The translations under genes were made by a program, and so were the position numbers. Positions 25,238-37,529 of a stretch of 64,000 nt of DNA are shown in pieces. This DNA comes from Octopus vulgaris (lineage: Eukaryota), in contig OX597821.1 in assembly GCA_951406725.2 (NCBI GenBank), forward strand, positions 37,014,001 through 37,078,000, in the 5' to 3' direction. The notes below the pieces were generated by a model. The model saw nothing but the letters and a program-made list of their open reading frames with translations, was not told where the DNA came from and ran no database searches. Position 1 is the first letter of the stretch. Each line of letters starts with the position of its first letter.

Positions 25238-25353
25238 CACTCTCATGAAGCTCCATGATTTAGTTTGAATATCCTATGAAGAAAAAGAATAATATTTTTG
25301 CAGTTCTTTCGTAGGCACTGACTAACAACGGAAGCGGAAACGGCCGTAAGAAT
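25238..25353 (+). ncRNA. Decayed PLE-type hammerhead motif
   Basis: 3' half GAAAC-GGCC-GTA-aga (palindromic stem III loop) at 25337-25351. The 5' core reads tct-c--atgaag-ctcc, so CTGATGA is damaged; long loop II. Confidence 0.45.
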
Positions 25354-25948
25354 TGTTGTGTCACATACATGTTATGTCATGTTTTGTATTAAATAATAAG
25401 CTACAGATGTGGTCTAATTGATTTGTTTGCTGATCTAAAATTTTCTACATTTTCTGATTATTTAAATTTGGTTCCTGATAAACTTTTCTTTATTCTGTTG
25501 TTACCTGTACTCTACGAGCATAGTGTGCCTGTATACCCATGATAACCCAGAGATAACACGGGTAACTGATACCGATAGTAAATACGGATATTTTATCCCT
25601 TAGTCGGGTACTATAACCGGTAACTCTGCAGCATGTTAAAATACCTTTAAAGGTTAAAATTATAAACAAGGGCGAAAGAAAATTATTTCTATGCCAATAT
25701 GCTGAATGCTGCCACTTTTTGATGGAATTTTTTCTGTAAAAAACTTCATCCTATATTAGTAGATTTATTACTATTCGCTATAGGGACTGGTAACTACTAT
25801 AAGCTGTAGTGGAGAACAGTTCACACGTGTACTGAGTCTAGCCAAAGGATTTTATATTTAGATATAACTGAGGTACTTATATGTACTCATGACTTTTGCT
25901 TCGGCTTTTTTTCCATGGGCGCATGTAAGTATTTCATTTATTTCTTAT

Positions 25949-26015
25949 CGTATTTTCTACTGAAGAGGAAAAAATCTGAGATTAATTCCGAAATTGATTC
26001 AATATAGAAATAACG
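25949..26015 (+). ncRNA. Type I hammerhead ribozyme, apparently intact
   Basis: Stem I tttcta/tagaaa; core CTGAAGA 25960-25966; stem II ggaa/ttcc; GAAA 25990-25993; stem III attg/caat with a 3-nt loop; AUA cleavage triplet (cut after 26004). Confidence 0.8.
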
Positions 26016-26257
26016 AACTTTTTTTTTTTTAATTCTATTGACTAGCTTCCCGATTTCAGTACAACGTAGTGGGTATATAATATGTGGAAATTGACGATTT
26101 AAAAGTCTGTTATCAGCATATTGGCATAGAAATAATTTTCTTTCGCCCTTGTTTATAATTTGTTTATAATTTTAACCTTTAAAGGTATTTAAATATGCTG
26201 CCACTTTTTGATGAATTTTTTTCTATAAAAAACTTCATCCTATATTAGTAGTATATA

Positions 26258-26489
26258 TATTACTCTTTCACTTTTTTCAGTCATTTGAGTGTGGCTATGC
26301 TGGAGCACCGCCTTTTAGTTGAAGAAATCGACCCCTGAACTTATTCTTTGTAAGCCTGTTGCTTATCCTATCGATCTCTTATGCCGAACCACTAAGTTAC
26401 GGGGACGTAAACACACTAACATCGGGTGTACAGCGATGGGGGGAGGGATAAACACACACATACATACATACATACATACATACATACAT

Positions 26490-26529
<40 letters not shown>

Positions 26530-26560
26530 ACATACATACATACATACATACATACATACA

Positions 26561-26651
<91 letters not shown>

Positions 26652-26735
26652 CAAACTTCTTTCAGTTTCCGTCTACCAAATCCACTCACATGGCTTTGGT
26701 CGGCCTCAGGCTATAGTAAAAGACACTTGCCCAAA
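26258..26735 (-). mobile_element. tRNA-derived SINE (second family) with expanded internal (TACA)n/(CA)n/(TA)n microsatellite
   Basis: Homologous to 32577-32985 (ggatttggtagacggaaactgaaagaag...ggcggtgctccagcat). Confidence 0.75.
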
Positions 26736-27429
26736 GCAAGTGTCTTCTATTATATATAATTATCTTAAGGGAGGAATTTTATAATTAGCTAGAGAATCAT
26801 GGTTTCTTAAACCAGATTTGTGATTTTGTAATTCCACAATTTACTCGGTATGAATATCAAGACTTGGCCGACAGGGATGACACGTGGTCTCATTTTCAAT
26901 TAAAGTCGGTGCTGCAGATTTGTGGCAGGGTCGGTGTTCTGGTTCCTACAGAAGATTGCTCTAACACCAAACAAATGAAATGAACCACCAAGGACATAGG
27001 CATGGCAGCTGAAACCAACCCAAGGTCGCTGTGGTTGAAAAGAGACCGCAGACGGAACCCTTCTGTGATCGAACACTAAACCAGTTTTCGCTGCCCCACC
27101 CAGGTGAATCATACCACCTAAGGGGGCAAAAAGGTTGAGAACCTAAGATGTATTCAGATGGCACGGAAGTATTTCCAATATCATGAGGGATTCTGAAGAC
27201 AAGCGTGTAATATTTCTGCGTCGCTCTTACGTTTTCTACATACGTAGGGCAAAGCATTTCCGATGCTTCTTTCACCTGTAATTCGCTATAATCTTTTGCT
27301 ATAGTGTTTTATTTCTCTCTTCTAATTTGAAAATTGTGAACTGATTAGCTCAGATTTTTAATTCATTACATGGGTATAGTTTTGAAATAATGACAATTAG
27401 CTTTAAGAACACATAGTCAGCATGGTCAG

Positions 27430-28556
27430 GATTTGTAAATTGTCATGCAAGTATTATAAGGGAAAAAAGACAGTATAATGGAAGGCAAGGTTTACAATAT
27501 CGGGAGAATATCGCCTTCCTTTTAACCATCTTTCTACAAGCGGATAAGATAATCGACGCGACTAAAGTAGGCAATTTTGTTTATAGTGCAATCATTTCAG
27601 CTATCTCAATAGGCACGACTTGAGCCTTTTCAGAAGCATTCATCCTTTTCCCAAAATAGTTTCATTGTTTAGATTGCTGTTCTAGCAGTCTTTGGAAATA
27701 ATTCAGATCTTTACAATGAAGATGAGTGTTTAGTTGTAAAATGTCTTTTCAACTTGCTAGACAACATGCCTTCATTAGACATCTTTTCACCACAAACAAC
27801 ATATAGCGGAAGAGGTTGATCCTCGTTGCCAGTCCAATGAAACTCAAACTTTAAATAGCTATTGCAATATTTACGATTTGGTTGAGCTTTCGCATTATTA
27901 TCACTATGCTTAGTTGCTTTTGACAAACACTTACTTTCAGATTCATAATCGTCATCGTTATGTTTCCTCTTAAACTTTTCCATTTTATGGGTAATTTAGT
28001 CTGTTAATATGAATTGTATTGCACAAAGAGCACAGATTACTAATAGTCAAACTGTGACAAGGGACCAATGAGCTATGAAAAGTGACAACGTATCACAATA
28101 TTATCGGACTCTTTTGAGAAGTCTTTCAAAATTAATTGAAAAGATGAAAATTCTTGCCACTATATCAATGAAAAAAATTGAAATACAGCCGCAATATGTG
28201 AGGACGTATTAAAATATTTAGTTCATCATCATATATTTTAGTTCGGTAGTGTATTTTTTACATTTATTGAAATGAAACTGCAGAGAAGCTGAAACAATAG
28301 TCGTGCACTGAATATGTCCATAAGACGTCAATTTCTAAGATAGATTGATGCTAATTTAGTTCTTATCCTTATGAAATTTTAGTTTCAAAATTGAATAGCA
28401 CTGTCATACCATAATTAGCCCAAATTAGCCACTTAGACATTTATATATGAACTTTCCAGTGAATATCGATTTGTATTTTTCATATTTTGAAATATAATTT
28501 TATTTTATCGAGGCACACCTAGTTACATCTTGCAACGCACGGTTTGGGAACCACTG
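27430..28556 (-). mobile_element. hAT Buster/Charlie-type transposon 5' fragment (BED zinc-finger region)
   Basis: NRKYCNSYLKFEF...PLPLYVVCGEKMSNEGML.SKLKRHFTTKH motif; TIR cagtggttcccaaacc ending at 28556, flanked by gacTAaat. Confidence 0.8.
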
Positions 28557-29764
28557 GACTAAATGGATGTCACTAATTATATTTGTTTCACTTGGTTCCG
28601 AGTTCCAATCCTACTATAATCAACAGAAAAAATCTAAGTCACAATTATATTTAGAAATATTTTGCTTCAAAAATATTGATTTTTGCTTTGTGAAAAAAAA
28701 AAAACTATCTTATGTCAATGATGATCAGGAAACGATTTGTTTAGTTAAAAAGGAAAAACAAAAGAAATACATCAAATCCATGACTCTGATAAAAGAAGCA
28801 CCTGAGAGACGACGTTATTACTGAGTAAAATTCAGAACAACAAGAATTGAATATGGAAATGGTTCATATACAGCAGTTTAGAATGAATATCTAGTGGACT
28901 GTCAATGTAGTTTTGCTAATGAGTTAACTAGCTATGACTATCAATATAGCTGAAGACACTGCCAATATAATTACTCAAATTAGGTATGACCACCAATGCT
29001 AAAAACATTTTCTCAGATCTACCTTCTTTTCCTTACTGATTACTGTGGTTTAATTGCAGGGAAAATGACACATGTTTACAATATCTGATTAGGAATGACC
29101 TCAAACTGAAATATGATTAGAGGATGGATATAATAGCAACAGTAGTAATAGTAGTAGTAGCAGCAGTGTTTTGTCATTGTTTCACTTTCGACAGAGAGAT
29201 ACAGAGACAGGTAAGGTAAAAAAATTCTGTGAATCTAACATGTATGACTTTATATTCTAAGGCGAGGAATCATTATAACGTAGGATAGAATGTCTTGTAG
29301 TTTTCTTTTCTTTGCTTGCGCTCTGAGCTCAAATCCAGCTCGAGGTCAATTTTATCTTTCATTCTTTTGGGCCCCATGAAGAAATGTCAGTAACGGGGTT
29401 AATTCTATGTACTGAGACTGTAATTTAACTGTCCAGCTTTTCACACTTCGTCTCGCTGATTCGGGTTAAGAATTGCGTTAAGTGTGCACATGTTCGATTC
29501 TTTGGTCATATCTCTTGGTCTTTGTAGATTTAACCTGCAATCTTTGTTTCAGTTCTTCAAGAACTACATTTAATCCCCTTTTCATTATCCTACATCTACA
29601 TTCTAGTTACTGATATTTCTCTTTCTTCCTGATTTCACATTTTTTCGCGATGTTGATATGTTTTCGTAGTTCGTTCATTGGTTGCTTTATTCTTCTTTTC
29701 CACCAAGGCTCTTTTTCTTCATTTCCGTTGGAAATGGCTTGTTCTTGAGCTTGTTCCATGTCCG

Positions 29765-29830
<66 letters not shown>

Positions 29831-29840
29831 TATTGTTATT

Positions 29841-30369
29841 GAGTGAGAGAGCAGTGCATGCCATCAAAGTGACAATGGAGTAAAATATACGAATCCTATT
29901 ATACCCATCATGACTACCTGTCTGATAAGGGTACACCAGGCCCATGCATCACAACCATATGTGCGCGACGTGGTAATCTCATATCAAGATAAACAGCGCA
30001 TGACCTTGCAGGTGGAGTCCAGTTAGAATTTTTGTCAGGTCGAGTAGCCTATCCCGCTCAAAAGGTCCCTGATTAAGGGTTGTTTAAGGATGTTGAACGA
30101 AACACCCGTGTTTCCAGAGGTGAATTATCCAAATCCCAAAGAATTCCTTTCGACACATGGCTATGATGCTCCCCAACTACTTCTCGTGATCAGAGCTGTA
30201 CATATCAGCCACCAAGGGACATACTCAACTGGTTAAGGTCAAATAACTGACAAACAAATCTGTGGTGTTGAGCAGAATATTTGCTGTAGCCCATCTTTTA
30301 TACCAAGAAAAAACAAAGTACATGATAACACTTCCAATCACTTAACATCAGAAGCCATGAGAGCCATTG
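29841..30369 (-). repeat. Copy 4 of the ~550-bp non-coding repeat family, flanked on both sides by (TAT)n
   Basis: Reverse complement of 21540-22073. Confidence 0.85.
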
Positions 30370-31773
30370 TTATTATTATTATTATTATTAATTTTGCCAA
30401 ATGTCTTCCTGACTCCAAGAGCAAAGAAACTCACTATACATTGGTAGGCCATTAAACACATCAGATTGTTCATTTAAAAAGTCATGTGGTAGAAAAAAAG
30501 GGAAGAAAGAAAGAATGAAAAGAAAAGGGAAAGAAGAAAAAATGAGAAAAAAGAAAAGTAAAGAAAATAAGGCGGTGGGGGAAGAAAGAAAATTCAATGG
30601 CAATGCTCTTCTCAGTACATGTGACGTACCAGTTAAAACAATATTTTTCACTTCTTGCATGGATGGTAAGCCAGGAATCATTTATTAATATTATTATTAG
30701 AATTGTTAGCACACCAAGCAAAATGCTTAGCAATATTTCGTCCATTTTTATGTTCCAAGTTCAAATTCTGTTGAGGTCGCCTTTGCCTTTCATCCTTTCG
30801 GAGTTAATAAATCAAGTGTCAGTGAAATACTGGGGTCGATGAATTTCAGGCCTTGTGCCTTAGTAGAAAAGATTGTTGTTATTGTTGTCATTGCTATCGT
30901 CGTCATTGTCTGTCACTGTTGTTATGCTTAGAAGGGAAATTCCTGAGGTATTGTTGAATTTTGTTGTTTTAACAAATGTTATTTGTATTTTAGTTGCACC
31001 AATTGCCAACTAGCATTTACTAAGGCTTGTTGGTTTTGTGAAATATTTGCCCCGCCAGGGCTAATTTTGGTGTGTTTGATTGTAAAATTACAATTTTTAA
31101 AAAAATCAATGAGGCTCACTAAATCAAGGAAAGAGATGACTCTTGGAAGAGCCATTATGAAACTAGTTCTCTGCCACAACCTGCTACAATTAATAGAAAA
31201 TGAATTTATAGTAACAGCAATGACAACAACAGTGGAAAATAATGTTAAAGCAGCACCTCTACCACACCTCACACCACCGCAAAAAGTAGCAAGATTGACA
31301 ACAACAATAACAGCAATAGCAATGACAAGCGAGACAAAGAGAACCATGATACAGACACAACTCCATCATTACCACCAATTCCACAAGGGCAAACATTAAT
31401 ACAATAAAAACAGAGAACAATGAAGTTTGCAAAGTGGAAATGGTTTTGCAAATGTGTGTAAAAACTAGAATCAGTAAATAAGAGATGCAAAATAGTATCT
31501 TACAAAGTATGGCAGAATAATAAGCTTACATACACTGAAAAAATGCAAGAAGAGACCAAAAGTAAGACTTCTAAATGCATTGTACTTAAAGCAAGGTGAC
31601 TTGAATGAGTGATACTGGTCTAGATTGAAAAGTGCCTTAAACCAATATGGGGCATAAAAACATAGACGCTTTGGCACAGTCGAAGAAGCAGCAAAGGGAA
31701 ATTCGACCACAATATTAAAGAGTGATGAACTGTTGCTAATTCCAGCATACCCAATCAGAGGGTATTAAAAGTA

Positions 31774-32004
31774 GGCGGCGAGCTGGCAGGAACGTTAGCA
31801 CGCCGGGCGAAATGCTTAACGGTATTTCGTCTGCCCTTACGTTCTAAGTTCAAATTCCGCCGAGGTCGACTTTGCCTTTCATCCTTTCGGGGTCGATAAA
31901 TTAAGTACCAGTTACGCACTGGGGTCGATCTAATCGACTTAATACCTATGTTTGTCCTTGTTTGTCCCCTCTATGTTTAGCCCCTTGTGGGTAATAAAAA
32001 AATA
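31774..32004 (+). mobile_element. Young tRNA-derived SINE
   Basis: A/B boxes and a perfect 13-bp TSD ggtattaaaagta (31761-31773 and 32005-32017). Confidence 0.88.
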
Positions 32005-32149
32005 GGTATTAAAAGTAAAGGTGGCTGAAATACACCAGAAGTGAACATCTAGCTTGTGGTGGCTGTAATATGCAGTATAGAAAATAAAAAAGAGCACTCT
32101 GCAACATCACAGACAAGGAAAAGAGAATTGATCAGGCAATGGGATTGAA

Positions 32150-34790
32150 CTACTCATCCAGATCGACCAAAAAGTATGAAGGTCATCACTAACTTGATCA
32201 ACGTCTAAAGTAAGAAGGGATAAAAGCTAGTCAATGGCCTGAACAGCAAAGACAAAACATGGCAACAAAGCCACAATTTGGTCCTTGGTGGACCATAACA
32301 GGCACTTGCTACTCTGGCCCAACCAGGTGTGTAAGGTATTTCACGAACATTTCATTTGACTGTTCAGGATAAATGGCGGGCCAGAATGCAGAATGCAGGA
32401 TGGATCTCAGTACCTACCTCAATGGCTTGCCGCAACTCTCAGCAAAAGATGTGGTATGTTGTAAAAAGCCTATAGCAGTCATGAAAATACGGGAAATGAT
32501 GAATAGCTACATGAAGAACAGATCACCTGGTTTGGATGGTCTGCCTTATGATCTTTATTTCTATATATTCTATATATAGGCGCAGGAGTGGCTGTGTGGT
32601 AAGTAGCTTGCTTACCAACCACATGGTTCCGGGTTCAGTCCCACTGCGTGGCATCTTGGGCAAGTGTCTTCTGCTATAGCCCCGGGCCGACCAATGCCTT
32701 GTGAGTGGATTTGGTAGACGGAAACTGAAAGAAGCCCATCGTATATATGTATATATATATATATGTGTATGTATGTGTATATGTTTGTATGTCTGTGTTT
32801 GTCCCCCTAGCATTGCTTGACAACCGATGCTGGTGTGTTTACGTTCCAGTCACTTAGCGGTTCAGCAAAAGAGACCGATAGAATAAGTACTGGGCTTACA
32901 AAGAATAAGTCCCGGGGTCGATTTGCTTGACTAAAGGCGGTGCTCCAGCATGGCCGCAGTCAAATGACTGAAACAAGTAAAAGCGAGTATTCCCGATTTG
33001 TTTGGAGTCCTTTTGGCAGATATCTACTGCAACTGATAGTAGAACAGGAATATTCCTAGTTCCATGTGTCGAGGATCACTGCTGAGGAAGGACCCAAACA
33101 AAGATCTCATAGAGAATTTTAGGCTCATACTAAATGCATATTTTAAAATTATGGCCAGGGTATTTGCAAAGAAGCTGGTGCTTGTTGTAGATACTCTGTT
33201 AGGTGATATGCAAACATGACTCATCCCAAGTAGATATATCCACAACTTCCACCTCATACAACACATCATAGGGGGAGTGGGTAAAGAACCTGACAAAGGT
33301 GAGACCCTGATCAATTTGGATCAATCAAAAACTTTCAATATAGTCAACCATCAATACTTGGCAGCTGTTCTCATGGTGGCCGGTTTCTGTGGCTGGATTG
33401 CCACAACATCAACTCAGTAAGTCGGGTGAATGATCACCATTCGGAACCATTCAGTATCATGCACTCAGTCCATCAAGATTTTCCCCTTTTATCTCTTCTA
33501 TGTGTGTACTGACTCTAGAGCTGACAATGGAAACTGGAGCTGTTGAAGGACATCCACGCAAACTGGTGTGTGGGAGAAATGTGTTGGCATACACACGAAC
33601 CTGATCAGCACTGCTCTAAAAGAATATGAGGTGGTGACAGGAGCAGAAATTGGCCAAGAAAAGTCAGTGGGTCTGCAGCTTTGCTCCTAGAGAGGCAGGT
33701 CCATGCTGTCTGGTAGCGCTCTAGGACGTCAGACGTACAAACCAGTTAAATTAGTTGGGATCTAGTTTCATCCAGATCTCTAGATGAAGAACTGGGATGA
33801 GGTGATGAGCAGGGTGGTTATTCTCACTCAGAAATGACCCACCCAAGCGAAAGCTGTTCCTGAAAGTTCAGACAGTCGTGAATGCATATATCATCTCTGT
33901 CATTTATTACTGCCTGACCATCATGCCTTGCTTTACATTTGACATGATTTGAGCACCTACTCTTTCACTTTCTTTAGAAAGTGCTCCATTTGTTGTCAAC
34001 ATTCACTGAGTGGAAGACTGGACATATCTGTAATGGTGATGCACAGACATGCACTGAGACTGTGACAACTCCAGTGTTTCTATGACAATTAGCAGGTGTG
34101 GTCGCTGTTTGTGAGACTCACTTTTCTGCAACCCATCTCTTTGACCAAGCTGCAGTCCTAGGCAGGGCACCTGGTACCTAGAATACCGTCAGGCACTCAC
34201 ATACCTCTGCCAGTCAGGCAATGCAGTTGATGGAAGTTCCACTTTAGCATTCTCTAAAGGTTCAGTGATGAGCAAGACTGACGAAGTCCACAGGGTGTAT
34301 CTGAGCATCGACAAGAATCAACTGAACGTGAATAACTTCTAGAAATTTCTGGCTTTGCAATGTTATTGGATGAGGCAGGGTCAGGTATTGCTATTTCAAG
34401 ATAAACTCTACAAGAATGGAAGTGTTGTCAGTTGGGCTTGCTCTAATGTGAGCAGAATAGCAAAACTCTTGTGCATGCACTCATCCAGTGTCTGAGCATT
34501 CCTAACTGGTGACCTTATGTCAAACATCTGAAGTTGCATGCAGGATGGATCAAGCTAGTAGCTGAGTTCACTGTTAAGATCATTCTGCCGCCTTCTTTTG
34601 ACTGGGAAGGGCAGGCAGTGTTTATTTGTCTAGTGGCCTTAGTGAGAGAGGTTGTGTGGTAGATCAGATTGAAAGGGCTGAAAAGAGACACCTTCTTTGA
34701 AACATTTACAAATTTCACTTAAAAAGGAAAATGAGGATGGAGAGGAAAGTGTTGTTTTTCAGCAAATTTGTTGAAAGGTGGATGAATTTT
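32150..34790 (+). mobile_element. Old Tx1/L1-clade LINE ORF2 remnant, interrupted by a SINE
   Basis: RSPGLDGLPYDLY and INLDQSKTF motifs; colinear with the 17240-21112 element, with many stops. Confidence 0.75.
32577..32985 (+). mobile_element. Full-length tRNA-derived SINE (second family)
   Basis: Head ggcgcaggagtggctgtgtggtaagtagcttgc...ggttcagtccc, internal (TA/TG)n tract and 3' tail gactgaaacaagtaaaag. Confidence 0.85.
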
Positions 34791-34910
34791 CTTGTTTGAT
34801 ATTTTTTTGTTTCTTTGTTTTTACTGCTTATACACTTTCATGTAACTCCAACATTATATTTCATCATATTGATTTGTATATTTCTTTTTTTTTTTTTTCA
34901 GCAAAATAAC

Positions 34911-35250
34911 ATGATGTTTTCAACAATAATTGATTTAATTCTTGTTGCACTGGCTGTGATAAGTATTTATCTTCTCCTTCAGTGGTATCTTCGGACACTT
35001 ACAGTTACAGAATTCAATCAGAAATATGTGTTGGTCACTGGTTGTGATACAGGTTTTGGGTACCTTCTGGCTAAACAACTAGATGTACTTGGTTTTAATG
35101 TATTTGCTACTTGTCTAACTAAAGAAGCAATATCTGGCCTTCATGCCATCTGTACAAAAAGATTAGAAGCATTTCTAATGGATGTTACCAAAAAAGAAGA
35201 CATTGAAAAGGTTGAAAAATTTGTCAGATCTCGGCTTCCAAAGAATACAG
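34911..35250 (+). CDS. SDR9C-family retinol/sterol dehydrogenase (RDH/HSD17B6-like), coding exon 1
   Basis: N-terminal membrane anchor and TGCDTGFG Rossmann motif. Acceptor at 34901 implies an upstream UTR exon; donor CAG|GTGACA. Confidence 0.92.
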
Positions 35251-35410
35251 GTGACACAACAATGACAAATTTCACAATTTTACTATTACTTTCAGTTTGT
35301 CTTTAGGATTTGTGAGAGCTGAAAATGCTAATGCATAAAAATATGTATGTATGTGTGTGTGCATGCATGCACTTGTATTTACCTGTTATCAATAGTTATT
35401 TCTACTTCAG

Positions 35411-35672
35411 GTTTATGGGCCTTAGTTAACAATGCTGGTGTCATGTCTACCCTTTTGTTCCCTGATTGCTACTCACGAAAACATTATACTGAGGTTATGG
35501 ATGTAAATGTCTATGGAATGATTGATGTCACCACAGCTTTCTTGCCATTACTGCGCATGTCAAAAGGAAGAATTGTTAATGTATCCAGTGTCTTAGGGAA
35601 ATTTACCCCTCCTATATTTGTACCATATTGCATATCAAAACATGCTGTAGAGGCATATTCAAATGGTCTTAG
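35411..35672 (+). CDS. SDR9C dehydrogenase coding exon 2
   Basis: GLWALVNNAG, GRIVNVSS and catalytic YCISK motifs. 262 nt, phase 1 to 2; AG|GTAAAT donor. Confidence 0.95.
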
Positions 35673-36071
35673 GTAAATATAATTTCCCATCACTTCCTTG
35701 TGATTTTAATTAAATAATCAATTAATTTACTTTTGTACAATATATCCTGTCATCTCGAGAAACAAATTCTCACAATTCTAAGTATTCAAATTATTTCATT
35801 AATCTAATTGAATCACTCTGTTTGTAGAATATAGTTTTGACTAATGCAATCATTAATTTGTGAATTTCTAAAATGACAAAAGTATCAGTCACATGACCTC
35901 ATTTTCAATAGCATTTTCAAGGTGAGAAACTGGTATCTTGATACTATCGTGATTTCATATTGAAGTTGATTCACCTCATTTAGAAGAAAATAAAATTCAA
36001 CAATGAAATATGGAAAAAAAAATACAGCTCATTTGGTGTTTATACTATTTATATGACTTTTGTTTCTGCAG

Positions 36072-36235
36072 ATGTAGTTTAAAACTACAAAATATAACTG
36101 TCCATATAATCGAACCAGGTTGTTTCATGACGAATCTAACATCATATGACATAATTGAAAATAGATCAAGACAAGATTTTGCTGCTGCTTCCACTGATGT
36201 TCAACAATTCTATGGTAACAAGTTCTTTGAATCCT
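36072..36235 (+). CDS. SDR9C dehydrogenase coding exon 3
   Basis: VHIIEPGCFMTNL motif. 164 nt, TGCAG acceptor and T|GTGAGT donor. Confidence 0.93.
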
Positions 36236-37355
36236 GTGAGTATCCTAAAAACAGTCTTCATACACTCAGTGCAAAAGTCTTTGACTAAATCTAGAATTTT
36301 GTCCAGGAAGACTTGATTTAGTTATCAAACGATAAAAAAAATGATCAACTTAATTGTTCTAATATTTTAAACATTCTTATCTCCTGTATCAACAGTTTAT
36401 GGTAAGATCAAAAACTTCACTGGAATTATTTAAAGCATTTTTTAGTATAGAAATATCCTAACCAACAATGAGTTAGTCTTCAACAACTGGTAATTCTAAA
36501 TTAGTTTTGGTCAGGTCATCATTTGAAGAAATCAAACATTAAATACATAACTCTTACATAAATCGCTGCAATTTTCTATAAAAGTAAAATTAGTTACATG
36601 ACCTCATTTTTTATGGCATTTTCAAGGTGAGAAACTGTTATGATACTGTTTTGATTTCATATTGAAGTTGATTCACCTCATTTATACTGCTTATCCTTGA
36701 GAAAAACATAAACACAAAACATACCATTTTCTTACCACTATCCCCCTCTTTCCCTTTTTCTCTTTCTCATTGCTCATATGTGATCATCGTCCATCTTTCT
36801 TTTCCTCATGTGATTATCTTTCTTTTCTTTCAGGACTGTCCTAAGGACTGGACATATTCTATCTCTCTTTTCTATCTTTTCTCTTTTCAAGGAAAATATT
36901 TCTACAATGATCACTATTTTATCCTTGGTCTGGTCTAATGACCTTCCATGTTTGTCTCCATTTGGTTTCCTTGTTCCCAACTTTTGTTTTTGTTCCCAAC
37001 TTTGACCCTCCATAAATCCAAAATTTTATTTTGGTATTTGTGGGAGCAACTGTCTTTGAAGACTCATATTGTTGTTCAATGCTTGAAATGAGTAATAGAT
37101 AGAAAGTCAACAACTGATAATGGGTCATTCTTTGTTTTACTTATCCTGTTTTCCATTTGAGTGTGGCCATTGCCAGTACTGCCTGACAGGCCCTCGTGCC
37201 GGTGGCACGTAAGAGCACCCACTACACTCTCGAGTGGTTGGCATTAGGAAGGGCATCCAGCTGTAGAAACTCTGGTGCAGCCATCTGGTTCGCCAGTCCC
37301 TAGTTAAATCGTCCAACCCATGCCAGCATGGAAAGTGGATGTTAAACGATGATGA

Positions 37356-37439
37356 TGATATATACATATGTACACACACACATATTTATATTTACATATA
37401 CACATACATACATATATATATATATATGCATATATATGT

Positions 37440-37529
<90 letters not shown>

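Noticed and set aside
26319-26759. ORFs of 85-146 aa rich in YI/HT/VC repeats (also 37304-37677, 61730-62195, 16121-16400)
   Set aside because: These are translations of microsatellites that lack stop codons.
30979-31399. 122-138-aa ORFs on both strands
   Set aside because: Driven by degenerate (ACA/GCA)n trinucleotide sequence; no domain or splice support.
31774-31860. tRNA genes
   Set aside because: The A/B-box heads belong to SINEs with bodies, tails and TSDs; no complete cloverleaf.
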